A stretch of DNA of 64,000 nucleotides from a bacterium (GCA_963662285.2 CAXXMV010000002.1:1472001-1536000), one strand, 5' to 3'. Counted from the first letter of the stretch, positions 41,401 through 52,431 are shown. Notes: generated from the sequence alone by a model not told the origin. A program made the numbers and translations.

Positions 41401-42723
41401 ATGACGAGTATAGAGATTAAATATCATTCCCTTACCAAATATTTCGTTTTAAAAGTTCTTGTCACGCTCGCTTTTTTTATGACTGATTTAGTATTTTTGC
41501 CTGAAGCTCAAGCCGATGAAAACGTACCTTCCAAGCAAAAAGAAATCGAAAAGAACTGGCCCCGCTTTCGTGGTCCCAATGGACTGGGAATATCGTTCTA
41601 CACGAATATCCCCACTTCGTGGAATGGAAAGACAGGCGAAGGTGTTCTTTGGAAAAAAGAGATTCCTCTTCCCGGTGAAAATTCTCCGGTGCTATGGGGC
41701 GATCGTGTTTTTGTAACTGGAGCTGATAGAGAAAAAAGAGAAGTCTATTGTTTCAACGCCAATTCGGGAGACCTGTTTTGGCGAAAATCAGTAGACAATA
41801 TTTCAAGTGATTCGGATTACCGAAAATTGCGTGAGTCTTCAGTATTGACCGCTTCGACATCGGCAACCGATGGCAAGCGAATATTCTCCATCTTTGCCAA
41901 CGGAGATATTTTTTGTCTTGATTTTGATGGGAATAGCATATGGTCAAAATGTCTTGGCCCAATCAAAAACGATTTTGGCCATGCGAGTTCGTTGCTAGTT
42001 TACCAAGACCTTCTAATTGTTCAACTTTATCAGGGTTTTGATGATGATGGGCTTTCAAAAATAGTGGCGCTTAGAACCAATAATGGAGCTGTTGCTTGGA
42101 GCGCAAAGATAAATCTTCCATACTCATGGGCGACTCCAATCGTTATTAACACAGGCAAGCGGGAGGAAATTATCACTTGCGGCAATCCCTGGGTAATTGC
42201 CTATGCCCCATTGACCGGAAAAGAACTTTGGAGAGCAGAATGTTTGGGTGGAGAAGTAACGCTTTCTCCTGTTTATTCAGATGGTCTTGTATTTGTCGCC
42301 AATGCCATGGCCTTGTGCGCCGCAATCCGCCCTGGGGGACAGGGTGATGTTACCGATACAAATGTTGTATGGGCTTTCGGTGACGTTGTAGCAGATATTT
42401 GCAGTCCATTAGCTACGGAGGATTTTTTATACCTTCTGGAATCGGGAGGATATCTTATTTGCTATGACGCTAAAACAGGAAAAACAATCTGGGAACACGA
42501 TTTGAAAAATGGATTTACCGCTTCTCCCAGCCAAGTTGGAGATCGTATTTATTTATTGGCCGAGGATGGTGTAATGACAATAATTAACAATGGCCGTGAG
42601 TTCAAAGAGATTGCGAAATGCGAGTTAGGTGAAAAAACGCAGGCGACTCCCGCTTTTTCAGATGGAGCGATCTATATCCGGGGCGAGAACAATCTTTACT
42701 GCATTGGACAAGAGCAGATGTAA
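41401..42723 (+). CDS. PQQ-binding-like beta-propeller protein
   Basis: NWPRFRGPNG, SSP-like/ATP motifs, TGKELW, ATPAFSDG..LYCIG. Confidence 0.88.
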   Translation: MTSIEIKYHSLTKYFVLKVLVTLAFFMTDLVFLPEAQADENVPSKQKEIEKNWPRFRGPNGLGISFYTNIPTSWNGKTGEGVLWKKEIPLPGENSPVLWGDRVFVTGADREKREVYCFNANSGDLFWRKSVDNISSDSDYRKLRESSVLTASTSATDGKRIFSIFANGDIFCLDFDGNSIWSKCLGPIKNDFGHASSLLVYQDLLIVQLYQGFDDDGLSKIVALRTNNGAVAWSAKINLPYSWATPIVINTGKREEIITCGNPWVIAYAPLTGKELWRAECLGGEVTLSPVYSDGLVFVANAMALCAAIRPGGQGDVTDTNVVWAFGDVVADICSPLATEDFLYLLESGGYLICYDAKTGKTIWEHDLKNGFTASPSQVGDRIYLLAEDGVMTIINNGREFKEIAKCELGEKTQATPAFSDGAIYIRGENNLYCIGQEQM

Positions 42724-42784
42724 CAATATCGCGTTCTCTTGGTCGAGAAAATCATACAATTTTATAATCAACAAGGAAAGAAAA

Positions 42785-43393
42785 ATGAGTTTTATTTTCC
42801 AAAGGAATGCTCCAGCATTCACACTTATTGAGTTATTGATCGTCGTTGCGATTATTGGAATATTGGCGGCGATAGCTGTCCCTAATTTCCTGAGCGCCCA
42901 AGTACGAGCAAAAGTAGCACGAACAAAAGCGGATATGCGTTCAATTTCCACAGCGCTTGAAACGTATCGGATCAATTATAATTCATATCCTCCCGATGGA
43001 GATGATTTACCAAATTTTAATCCAATGGATTTCGATACAGCGGCTAGACTCAAAGTTTTAACAACCCCAATAGCATTTATGTCGAATTTACCGAATGATC
43101 CGTTTCATGCCAACGATATAGAATTTCCTCCAGAAACGGGAATTCAATTGCTGTTTCCAAATGGCGGACCTTATACATACATTTATACAACATTCGGAAA
43201 TCATGCTGGAGATGAACGTCAAGCACCTAATTTGGGTAAACCAAATAATTATGGACTTAGTTCTCTGGGGCCGAATCAAATATTTAACGCTTTTATTGGA
43301 TATCCCATTCTCTATGATATGAGTAATGGTGTCGTATCTGACGGAGATATCACAATAGTTGGCGGAGAACGTACACCACTTTCTCCTCAATAA
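42785..43393 (+). CDS. Prepilin-type N-terminal cleavage/methylation domain protein
   Basis: AFTLIELLIVVAIIGILAAIAVPNF; LTTPIAF..DPF; YDxSNGxxSxGDI; start taken as ATG 42785. Confidence 0.88.
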   Translation: MSFIFQRNAPAFTLIELLIVVAIIGILAAIAVPNFLSAQVRAKVARTKADMRSISTALETYRINYNSYPPDGDDLPNFNPMDFDTAARLKVLTTPIAFMSNLPNDPFHANDIEFPPETGIQLLFPNGGPYTYIYTTFGNHAGDERQAPNLGKPNNYGLSSLGPNQIFNAFIGYPILYDMSNGVVSDGDITIVGGERTPLSPQ

Positions 43394-43461
43394 TTTATTT
43401 ATTCAGACGCATCTCATTTTTGTGGTTATAATGAGTTGATTCTACTATAGGCAAGAATTTA

Positions 43462-44577
43462 ATGAACTTAAAGTTTTTTCATGAAAATGTTTGGAAGGGA
43501 ATGATTCTCTTCGGATTCTTTACCCTTGCGGGCATAATCTCCGCATTACCTTTCTGGTTCTTTGCAACCAAACACGGGAAATACGATTCTCCGTACATGA
43601 TCCTTTTTCAGGGATTGACGGAGTGGTACTTATGGATTTTATTCATTCCTCTCATCTACTGGATATATAAAACTTTCCCCATACAGGCACAATCTCTTGT
43701 AAGAAATATTTCCATCAATTTTCTCCTATCCTTTATCGTCATCCTGGGGAAAACATTATTAGATCAAACGATGCAGGTCCATTTTTGGAATACAAATCCT
43801 AACCCAAAACCATTGTTGGATGTGATATATTATACCTTTTTCTCTCCAAAGACATTTGCTCTCTTGTTGACCTATTGGTTAATTATGATGTTCATATACA
43901 TGATTCAATACTACAAGGAATTGCAAGAGCGCAAGCTGGTATCGTCGCAACTCGAAGTTCAATTGGCCCAGGCGCATCTGAGCGCGTTAAAGATGCAAAT
44001 CCAACCCCATTTTCTCTTCAATACGTTAAACTCCATCACATCGCTCTTGAGGAAGAATGTCGACGCCGCAGAAGATATGATTATCAATCTAAGCGACATG
44101 TTAAGATATAGTCTAAGAACAACAGACATACAGGAAGTGACTCTTGGGGAGGAACTTGATTTTTTACAACATTATCTGGATATCGAAAAAAAACGTTTTC
44201 AGGACCGTTTAACCACAGAATTTCAAATTGAGCGAGACGCCTTAGATGCCTGGGTTCCAAGCATGTTTCTGCAACCCATTGTAGAAAACTCGTTCCGCCA
44301 CGGGATTTCAAAACAAATCGGCTCCGGCAAGATTACCATTCGAAGTCAACGTTTAGGGGATGCTTTAAGCGTGTCAGTCCTGGATACGGGAGAAGGTTTT
44401 CTTCATGTAAAAGATAAAGAAGGTATTGGCCTTAGCAATACACGGAAACGCCTGGAAAAATTATATGGATCGTCTTTCGATTTGCAATTTGGACGTACGG
44501 AAAACAATGAGACGATTGTAACAATTTCAATTCCATTTACAGAAAAAAAAGATAACATAAGAAATGACAAATCATGA
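43462..44577 (+). CDS. LytS/YehU-type sensor histidine kinase
   Basis: 4 TMs, QIQPHFLFNTLN, LQPIVENS, GIGLSN. Confidence 0.93.
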   Translation: MNLKFFHENVWKGMILFGFFTLAGIISALPFWFFATKHGKYDSPYMILFQGLTEWYLWILFIPLIYWIYKTFPIQAQSLVRNISINFLLSFIVILGKTLLDQTMQVHFWNTNPNPKPLLDVIYYTFFSPKTFALLLTYWLIMMFIYMIQYYKELQERKLVSSQLEVQLAQAHLSALKMQIQPHFLFNTLNSITSLLRKNVDAAEDMIINLSDMLRYSLRTTDIQEVTLGEELDFLQHYLDIEKKRFQDRLTTEFQIERDALDAWVPSMFLQPIVENSFRHGISKQIGSGKITIRSQRLGDALSVSVLDTGEGFLHVKDKEGIGLSNTRKRLEKLYGSSFDLQFGRTENNETIVTISIPFTEKKDNIRNDKS

Positions 44578-45350
44578 GTATTCCTAAGATACGCACTCTG
44601 ATCGTTGATGATGAATCACTCGCTCGTGATAGAGTATGCGCGTTGCTTGGCGAGGTTGAAGAGATCGATATCATTGGAGAATGCTCTAACGGTCTTCAAG
44701 CAGTAAAATCGATACTGGAAAACAAGCCTGACCTTATTTTTTTGGATATTCAAATGCCCGGTATGGATGGCTTTGAAGTGATTCGAACCATTGGCGTGAA
44801 GAATATGCCAACGATAATCTTTGTTACTGCTTACGATCAGTATGCCGTTCAAGCATTTGAGAATCATGCATTCGATTATCTATTAAAACCATTTAATTCC
44901 AAAAGGCTTATCGCTGCGGTTGAACGAGTTATGCCATTAATTAACCATCAAGCCGCGGATAATATCCATAAACGCCTTGATGATTTAATGGAGCAGATTA
45001 AACATAAGGAAAATTATATAGAAAGAATTCTGATCAAAGCGGCAAATCGCATCTATTTTATTAAAGCCGAAGAAATAGAGTGGATTGAAGCGGCGGGAAA
45101 TTATGTTGATATTCATACCGGCCAGGAAACTCATCTTCTTCGTGAAACGATGAACAACATCGAAGCAAAACTCAATCCTTCCAAGTTCTTGCGCATCCAT
45201 CGTTCAACCATCGTGAACATCGATCAAATCAAAGAGATGCAGCCCGATGTGGATAATAACCATATTGTTATTCTGAAATGTGGAAAGCAAATTACTATGA
45301 GTCGTGGACAACGTGAAAAGTTGAGAAACCTTATCGGCTCATATTTTTAA
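44574..45350 (+). CDS. LytTR-family response regulator
   Basis: REC domain (FLDIQMP, DYLLKP) plus LytTR (FLRIHRSTIVN); 4-nt overlap with the kinase. Confidence 0.95.
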   Translation: MSIPKIRTLIVDDESLARDRVCALLGEVEEIDIIGECSNGLQAVKSILENKPDLIFLDIQMPGMDGFEVIRTIGVKNMPTIIFVTAYDQYAVQAFENHAFDYLLKPFNSKRLIAAVERVMPLINHQAADNIHKRLDDLMEQIKHKENYIERILIKAANRIYFIKAEEIEWIEAAGNYVDIHTGQETHLLRETMNNIEAKLNPSKFLRIHRSTIVNIDQIKEMQPDVDNNHIVILKCGKQITMSRGQREKLRNLIGSYF

Positions 45351-45475
45351 CTCAATGAATCAATAATTAAGATTATTGGGTATAATAAATATCAGTTAAA
45401 TATATAGAAGATTATAACCAAGAAAAACGATGGAAAAAGAAGCAAGACGCTGAATTACAGGGCTGAGGGCCAGGT

Positions 45476-46363
45476 ATGACTTTAATGAATGAATCTATCA
45501 AAATGAATCGATCAACTCTTGTTTTCTGTCAATGTAAGAATAGCGATTCAATCCCGGAAGACGTCAAACAAACCGTTTGCAATGCGCTAAACAAGTCGTC
45601 CATTGAATTCAATTCGGTGGATGATCTTTGCGGTTTAGCGGCGAATCAAGATGAATGGTTCGGCAAATTAAAAAACGATCAAAAACATACTATCGTTGCT
45701 TGCACCGAACGCGCAGTCAAATGGTTATTTCATCTGGCAGGATCAGAGATGCCCGAAAAAACAACGGTGCTCAATATGCGCGAGATGAATGCCGATGCGA
45801 TTCTGCAATCATTAAACATAGAAAAACCATGCAGTTCATGCTTACAGGATCAGGCTGAAATCAAACCTGAAATGGATGTTACCTGGATTCCCTGGTTCCC
45901 GGTCATTGATTATGATCGCTGTACACACTGCAAACAGTGCCTGAATTTCTGTCTGTTCCGTGTTTTTGAACTGGATGAAAAAGAGAATGTCATTGTTAGG
46001 AATCCCTCAAATTGCAAAACCAGCTGCCCCGCTTGCGCAAGAGTCTGTCCAGAAAGAGCTATCATATTCCCGAAACATGAATCATCACAAATAAATGGAA
46101 GCGATATTCAACCAAATGAAGTAAAACAAGAAACGAATCTGAATATTCTTCTCCAAGGTGATCTGCAAGATATCTTGCGAAAACGAACTGCCGGGGCCAA
46201 AGGAAATTATCCAACGATGCAAGACATCGCTTTGGCTCAGGAAGAACGGAAAAAATGCGGCTGCGAGCCATCATCTCCCGTTCAGATCGGCCTAATGGGT
46301 AATATGAATCCTGTAAAAAAAGCACCGTCAAGCAATAAAGGAGATATAAACAGCAGTGGTTAA
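45476..46363 (+). CDS. Fe-S protein with 2x[4Fe-4S] ferredoxin domain and Cys-rich N-terminal domain
   Basis: [11 protein letters not shown] and [13 protein letters not shown]; N-terminal FCQC..DDLC..IVAC. Confidence 0.85.
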   Translation: MTLMNESIKMNRSTLVFCQCKNSDSIPEDVKQTVCNALNKSSIEFNSVDDLCGLAANQDEWFGKLKNDQKHTIVACTERAVKWLFHLAGSEMPEKTTVLNMREMNADAILQSLNIEKPCSSCLQDQAEIKPEMDVTWIPWFPVIDYDRCTHCKQCLNFCLFRVFELDEKENVIVRNPSNCKTSCPACARVCPERAIIFPKHESSQINGSDIQPNEVKQETNLNILLQGDLQDILRKRTAGAKGNYPTMQDIALAQEERKKCGCEPSSPVQIGLMGNMNPVKKAPSSNKGDINSSG

Positions 46364-47876
46364 TTCATCTTTGAAACCTTCAGTCATTCTTGTTGCGGAC
46401 CGGACGCTTTCCAGTAATTATAAAATTCTGTTCGAGGGTATTTTCGCCACCATGCAAACTACGAAAGTCCCTGAACTGGCTATGAAATTGCTTGTATCGC
46501 CAAAAATGCCTACGGACAGCCAAGGCCGCGCAATGGCCGTCCCTTTAGGTTTGCGCCGTTTAGAAGCGGCTCTAATCGAACAAGGCGTGTTACATGAAGA
46601 CGAAGTGGTTTGCACAACTCCAGAAGCGCTAGAATCTCTCCTGGGACCATGGGTGAAAATAGTCGGGATCAGTTCCAGCGACCCACTCGGGCAAGGTATG
46701 AGCAACACTACTACCGACAAATTTTGGAGCGGAGAACTCTACACTAAAGTCTGGACTGCCAAGATGATGGGCGAACTGAAAAAGGCCAAGGAGAAATTCA
46801 ATTTTAAAGTTATTGGCGGCGGAGCTGGAGCATGGCAATGGCAGAACGCTCCGCAAGAATGTCAAAACCAGGGAATAGACCATCTCTTTATTGGCTACGG
46901 TGAATCAAAAGGCGTTAATTTAATCCGCGATCTACTCAATGATAAAGACGCTTCATTCACGACAATAGAAAAAGACAACACTGTCGGCGACATACCTAAA
47001 ATCCGTCATGCTTCACTCCTTGGAATCATCGAACTCTCGCGGGGCTGCGGAAAAGGATGCCGTTTCTGCACGCTCGCCAAACAACCGATGGTGCATTTAC
47101 CTGCCGATACCATCCTCTCCGACATCGAAACCAATGTCTCTCAGGGAGTAACTTCAGTTGTTAGTGGAAGCGAAGATTTTTTCCGCTACGGCGCAACCGG
47201 TTCCAAAATCAATTTTGATGCACTCCATCAGTTATTTACTGAAATGAAGAAAATCAAGGGACTCTCATTCATGCAGATCGACCACGCCAACATTTCGTCG
47301 GTCTTACAAATGAGCGATGACCAACTCAAAGAAATCCGGTCTCTTCTCCAATGGGAGAAAATGAGTGATTACCTGTGGGTGAACATGGGCGTCGAAAGCG
47401 CCAATGGAAATCTGGTCGCGGCCAACGGAGCAGCTAAAATGCATCCCTTCGATCCTTCAAACTGGGAAGACATGGTCAAAGACGCCGTCGCCCGTTTAAG
47501 CAGAACAGGCTACTTTCCCGTTCTCAGCATCATTCTAGGTCTCCCTGGTGAAACAGAAGACGATGTTGAAAGAACGATCCAACTCGTGAAAGAAATCTCG
47601 CGTCAATCTGCGGTAGTATTCCCGGTGTTCTATGAGCCGGTGCTTCCGGGAGAACAACGCTTTACACTGGAAAGCATGACCGCCAAACACCTGAAACTCT
47701 ATGCCATGTGCTATGAAATCAACTTTAAGCATGTTCCTGAAATGTACTGGGACAATCAACGGGCAGGAGGCGTGCCATGGCTCAAACGTGCGCTAGTCCG
47801 ACTTTTGGGTAAAACAGAAATTAACGCGTGGCGCAAGAAGTTTAGACAATTGGAAACGACTCTTGCTGTCCAATAA
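46356..47876 (+). CDS. Radical SAM enzyme with putative B12-binding N-terminal domain
   Basis: [26 protein letters not shown]; [11 protein letters not shown] and IGGGAG Rossmann-like region. Confidence 0.85.
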   Translation: MVNSSLKPSVILVADRTLSSNYKILFEGIFATMQTTKVPELAMKLLVSPKMPTDSQGRAMAVPLGLRRLEAALIEQGVLHEDEVVCTTPEALESLLGPWVKIVGISSSDPLGQGMSNTTTDKFWSGELYTKVWTAKMMGELKKAKEKFNFKVIGGGAGAWQWQNAPQECQNQGIDHLFIGYGESKGVNLIRDLLNDKDASFTTIEKDNTVGDIPKIRHASLLGIIELSRGCGKGCRFCTLAKQPMVHLPADTILSDIETNVSQGVTSVVSGSEDFFRYGATGSKINFDALHQLFTEMKKIKGLSFMQIDHANISSVLQMSDDQLKEIRSLLQWEKMSDYLWVNMGVESANGNLVAANGAAKMHPFDPSNWEDMVKDAVARLSRTGYFPVLSIILGLPGETEDDVERTIQLVKEISRQSAVVFPVFYEPVLPGEQRFTLESMTAKHLKLYAMCYEINFKHVPEMYWDNQRAGGVPWLKRALVRLLGKTEINAWRKKFRQLETTLAVQ

Positions 47877-47929
47877 AATAATATGGTGATATAGTCATCT
47901 ATGAATAAGAAAAATTCCGGGATTTATCA

Positions 47930-49618
47930 ATGCAAGAATTAAACGAGACAAAATTGGAACTGCCGCTGGCTACCCAATCGCTACCCATTCAGGACAACAT
48001 CTGTCAAACCAAATCCGAGCGGGATGAACTCCGTTCGGTTATCCACGCCTATGTTCAGCAAGAAAACCTGATTGCCCCTCTATCCATAGATGAACTATCA
48101 TACCATGCAAATGCAATCTTGAAGATCGCTGGATGTGATGCAAAATACCAAGACTATACAGCCATCCTGGTTCACAATGAACTCTGGTCTCAACGCGTCA
48201 GTCAAATCCCTTATGATAGGAGACTATTGCTTCTTCCGCGTTGCTTTAAGCACCAAGAACTCTGCCAGGCTCAAGAAGACAGCCTGGGCCTTATCTGCGC
48301 TCATTGTGGGAACTGCGCCATTGATGATCTACAAACCGAAGCCGAACAGTTAGGTTATATGGTCATGGTCGCTGAAGGATCACCAGTTGTTATGGCCTTG
48401 ATCGAATCAGGAAAAATTGAAACTGTCATCGGTGTTTGTTGCATCTCCGTCTTAGAAAAAGTCTTCCCCTACTTGGAAGCTGGCGCCATACCTGGAATCG
48501 CAATTCCCTTACTCCGCGATGGGTGCTTTGATACGTATACCGACATGGATTGGGTCTGGGAAGCCATTTACCTCAACTCAGATAATCCCGTTCCAAGAAT
48601 GGATATAAACTCACTCAAACAAGAAGTGCAAAACTGTTTCGATCTCAAAACGCTAGAATCCTACATGGGATCCCCACAGAGCGAAACCGAAAAGATCGCC
48701 CTTCAGTGGCTGGCAAAATCTGGCAAACGCTGGCGTCCTTATCTAGCGGCATGCGTCTATCAATCATTACGCGACGACTCTTCAGCGCCGTTGCCCGGAT
48801 CGATATGTAAATTATTAATCGCAATCGAATGCTTCCATAAAGCATCGCTCATCCATGACGATATTGAAGATAATGATAACCTGCGATATGGAGAAGAGAC
48901 GCTGCATGTCCAATACGGCGTTCCCGTTGCGCTCAATGTCGGCGATATTCTGGTCGGCGACGGATACCGCCTGATTGCAGAATTAGATATCTCTAATGAC
49001 CAGAAAGTAGACATGCTGTATATCGCGGCTCTTGGACACCGGACCTTATGCCAAGGCCAAGGCGCAGAACTCTGTTGGCAACAACATCGCTCACCACTCT
49101 CCATCAATGATATTCTCGATATCTACAAACAAAAAACCGCCCCGGCTTTTGAAGTTGCGCTCAGGCTTGGAGCCATGTTTGCCGGTATGGATGATAAGAT
49201 CGGCAATATCCTCCAGCAATACAGCACGGCTTTGGGCATTGCCTATCAAATAAGAGACGACTTTTCCGATAGCGGTTTGGAAGAAGGGCAGAGCCTAAAT
49301 AACCATAACTCAATGGATATCTCTCTGCTCATGGCTGTCGCTTATAAGAAAGCCAATGAAGGCGACAAAAAAATACTCAAAGCGTTTTGGCAACAGTCAA
49401 CATCAGACGCGCAAAGCGCAGACCAAATCTACAACCTAATGAAACAACTGAAAGTTATTAATGACATTCAGGCGTTATTCCAACAATACAAGAATGATGC
49501 GTATTCAGTACTCTCACCTATTGATAATCCAAATTTAAAATGCGTTCTTCACCGGGTTATTGGCAAAATCTTCAGTGATATAACAAATATGGGTTGTTGC
49601 AATGACTATAAGACTTGA
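47930..49618 (+). CDS. DUF116-like domain fused to trans-isoprenyl diphosphate synthase
   Basis: RRLLLLPRCF..CAHCGNC..GVCC (DUF116-like); GKRWRP, LIHDDIED (FARM), KT, YQIRDDFSD (SARM). Confidence 0.88.
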   Translation: MQELNETKLELPLATQSLPIQDNICQTKSERDELRSVIHAYVQQENLIAPLSIDELSYHANAILKIAGCDAKYQDYTAILVHNELWSQRVSQIPYDRRLLLLPRCFKHQELCQAQEDSLGLICAHCGNCAIDDLQTEAEQLGYMVMVAEGSPVVMALIESGKIETVIGVCCISVLEKVFPYLEAGAIPGIAIPLLRDGCFDTYTDMDWVWEAIYLNSDNPVPRMDINSLKQEVQNCFDLKTLESYMGSPQSETEKIALQWLAKSGKRWRPYLAACVYQSLRDDSSAPLPGSICKLLIAIECFHKASLIHDDIEDNDNLRYGEETLHVQYGVPVALNVGDILVGDGYRLIAELDISNDQKVDMLYIAALGHRTLCQGQGAELCWQQHRSPLSINDILDIYKQKTAPAFEVALRLGAMFAGMDDKIGNILQQYSTALGIAYQIRDDFSDSGLEEGQSLNNHNSMDISLLMAVAYKKANEGDKKILKAFWQQSTSDAQSADQIYNLMKQLKVINDIQALFQQYKNDAYSVLSPIDNPNLKCVLHRVIGKIFSDITNMGCCNDYKT

Positions 49619-50483
49619 GATGATCCAAACCGCCAAATTCGGTGCGGCTAGTTTAAACCCGACCATAGCCAATCAAATCATTAATTTCGTGAGCAGCTTA
49701 CACAATCCTGATGGCGGATACCGCGGACGCAGCACGGCGAGCGATTTATACTATACCGTCTTCGCCATGAAAATCCTGTTATCATTTAATGCAGAGTTGC
49801 CCGTAGATAAAATTGAAGCCTATTTAAACTCTATCAGCGCCGGTCAACCTCTCGATCTTGTTCACTTATCTTGCCTGGCCCGCTGCTGGGCGAATTTACC
49901 TGATAAAAAGCCTTCATTTGAAAAGCGCGCTTCAATCATAGAACAGATCAAAAGCTGCTGGATCGGCCCAACAGGATTCGCCAATCGGCCAGGAGAAAAA
50001 AAAAGTTCAATTTACAGCACATTCATGGCATTGAGCGCGTATCAGGATTTAGAAGAGGCCATGCCCGATCAGGAGGCCATTATTGATTGGCTCTTTTCCA
50101 ACGAAGCAGCTGAAGAAGGTTTTGCGTTTAAGACGGATGCCAACGGTTTAACGCCAATCACATCAGGCGCCGTTATCCTGCTCAAGCATTTAAGCGTTGC
50201 GGTTCCAGATGAAACCAGGCAATGGCTGCTCAACAGACATAATCCGGATGGTGGATTCTACGCCGCATCTCTGCTGCCTCTCCCCGATCTATTATCCACA
50301 GCTACCGCTCTGCATGCATTAAAAGCGTTAAACGTTTCCCTCGATGAAATCCGTGAGCCTTGCTTAAACTTTGTTAATAGCCTTTGGCGTAAACACGGTT
50401 TCTGCGGGATGACCGTTGATGAAACAGTTGATTGCGAATACACCTTCTATGGATTGCTTGCGCTTGGTAACTTATTAGAATAA
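49602..50483 (+). CDS. Prenyltransferase/squalene-oxidase repeat (alpha/alpha barrel) protein
   Basis: HNPDGGY, SDLYYT, HNPDGGF, PDLLSTATAL, DCEYTFYGLLALG. Confidence 0.82.
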   Translation: MTIRLEMIQTAKFGAASLNPTIANQIINFVSSLHNPDGGYRGRSTASDLYYTVFAMKILLSFNAELPVDKIEAYLNSISAGQPLDLVHLSCLARCWANLPDKKPSFEKRASIIEQIKSCWIGPTGFANRPGEKKSSIYSTFMALSAYQDLEEAMPDQEAIIDWLFSNEAAEEGFAFKTDANGLTPITSGAVILLKHLSVAVPDETRQWLLNRHNPDGGFYAASLLPLPDLLSTATALHALKALNVSLDEIREPCLNFVNSLWRKHGFCGMTVDETVDCEYTFYGLLALGNLLE

Positions 50484-50496
50484 ACAGAGGATTGAC

Positions 50497-52359
50497 ATGA
50501 GTTTCAACATCAATGATCTAACAACAACATTAAACAATACCCGGCAACGCTTACTCCATGAACGCAACCAACAAGGCCATTGGGAAGGCGAACTTTCCAG
50601 CAGCGCCCTCTCAACCGCAACGGCGGTTGTGGCCCTGGCGTTAACCGACTCTAAAAAACACCGGCGCCGCATCCAAAAGGGCTTGGATTGGCTAGTTCAT
50701 AACCAAAACCAGGATGGCGGCTGGGGGGATAGCGCATGCAGTCCAAGCAATATCAGTACAACCACGTTGGCATGGGCCGCTTATGCTGTAGCGGAAAATG
50801 AATCTATCTACCAAAAGACCATAGATGGAGCAGGTCAGTGGATAATTAAGAAGTCAGGCAGTTTAGATATTGAAGCACTCGCGGATACCATCACCGCTTG
50901 CTATGGAGAAGACCGGACTTTCTCTGTACCGATCTTGACGCATTGCGTCTTAAGCGGGAGATTCGGCTCAGACTGTAAAACATGGTCATTAATTAAACCG
51001 CTGCCTTTTGAGTTCGCCCTGGTTCCGTTCTGGTGCTTAAAATGGCTGCGAATCACGGTTGTCAGTTATGCGCTTCCCGCGCTAATCGCTATCGGTCAGG
51101 TAAGGCATCATCACGCTCCTCCCAAGAATCTCCTGGTGCGAATCGTGCGCAATCTAGCTCGCTCCAGAACATTAAAACTCCTAAACCGCATACAGCCCGG
51201 CAGCGGTGGATTTCTGGAAGCAACGCCGCTAACAAGTTTTGTAACCATGTCGCTGGCATCATCCAATGAAAAAGATAATCCCGTCGTCAAAAAAGCCATT
51301 GAGTTTTTAACGCAATCACAAAGAGAAGATGGCAGCTGGCCCATTGATACTAACCTGGCCACATGGGTAACAACTTTAAGCATAAATGCACTTGCGATTA
51401 ACAAAGATTTTCACAATATCCTTCAAGAAAAAGACCGGACGGCCATCACAACCTGGCTATTGATGCAACAAAACCGTGACATTCATCCCTATACCCGCGC
51501 AGGCGCAGGAGGATGGGCCTGGACTGATTTAGCGGGAGGCGTCCCCGACGCTGACGACACGGCAGGAACTCTTATCGCATTACAAAACCTGGGAATTTAT
51601 AATGAAAAAGTGAGAGAATCTATCCAACCAGGCATTCTATGGTTTTTGCAATTGCAAAACAGCGATGGCGGCATCCCGACTTTCTGCCGCGGCTGGGGAA
51701 AACTTCCCTTCGATCAAAGCGCCCCGGATCTAAGCGCTCATTTCATTTCAGCATTAATGATTTGGTCGCAGACAAACAAGTTGCCAGAGCGCCTCAATCT
51801 AAAAATCAAAAAGGCCATCAAGAAAAACCTGCATTACTTAAAAACCGCGCAAAAAGAAAATGGTTCCTGGATACCTCTGTGGTTCGGCAACAACCACGCC
51901 CCAAAAGAAGAGAATCCCGTCTATGGAACAGCGTTGGTAATATCATCTCTTGCAAGCCTGGAAATAATCCCGGACAATGACCTTACCGGGATGATATCAA
52001 GAGGCCATAAATACATCCTGCAAACTCAAAACACGGATCAAGGTTGGGGAGGCGCAAATGATATCCCCTCAAGCATTGAAGAAACCGCCCTGGCGGTCAG
52101 TGCTCTATCTCTAACACTGACCTGGTGTTATAAACATGAAATTGCGCCAGAATGCTTTGATCAGCAAAATATTAAAAATTCAATTCAACAAGGCATAGTT
52201 TGGCTCATCAACAAAACCAACCAAGGCGCAGAGTTCCCCCCATCGCCAATAGGTCTTTACTTCGCCAAACTATGGTATTACGAAAAACTTTACCCCATCA
52301 TCTTCACAACCAGAGCTCTTGAAAGAGCAAACACAATCCTATATCTACTGGATGAATAA
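50497..52359 (+). CDS. Squalene-hopene-cyclase-like class II terpene cyclase
   Basis: QW repeats (QNQDGGW, QREDGSW, QNSDGG, QKENGSW, QNTDQGW) and catalytic PDADDT motif. Confidence 0.9.
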   Translation: MSFNINDLTTTLNNTRQRLLHERNQQGHWEGELSSSALSTATAVVALALTDSKKHRRRIQKGLDWLVHNQNQDGGWGDSACSPSNISTTTLAWAAYAVAENESIYQKTIDGAGQWIIKKSGSLDIEALADTITACYGEDRTFSVPILTHCVLSGRFGSDCKTWSLIKPLPFEFALVPFWCLKWLRITVVSYALPALIAIGQVRHHHAPPKNLLVRIVRNLARSRTLKLLNRIQPGSGGFLEATPLTSFVTMSLASSNEKDNPVVKKAIEFLTQSQREDGSWPIDTNLATWVTTLSINALAINKDFHNILQEKDRTAITTWLLMQQNRDIHPYTRAGAGGWAWTDLAGGVPDADDTAGTLIALQNLGIYNEKVRESIQPGILWFLQLQNSDGGIPTFCRGWGKLPFDQSAPDLSAHFISALMIWSQTNKLPERLNLKIKKAIKKNLHYLKTAQKENGSWIPLWFGNNHAPKEENPVYGTALVISSLASLEIIPDNDLTGMISRGHKYILQTQNTDQGWGGANDIPSSIEETALAVSALSLTLTWCYKHEIAPECFDQQNIKNSIQQGIVWLINKTNQGAEFPPSPIGLYFAKLWYYEKLYPIIFTTRALERANTILYLLDE

Positions 52360-52431
52360 GTTTGACCTGAAATAATGTTGCAGTTATTTGTGAAGCACAC
52401 AGAACATATCCGTTTTAGAAGCAAGACCATC

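Noticed and set aside
50497-52359. Assigning shc and a canonical hopanoid cluster
   Set aside because: No hpn genes are present and the context is atypical; the substrate cannot be read from motifs
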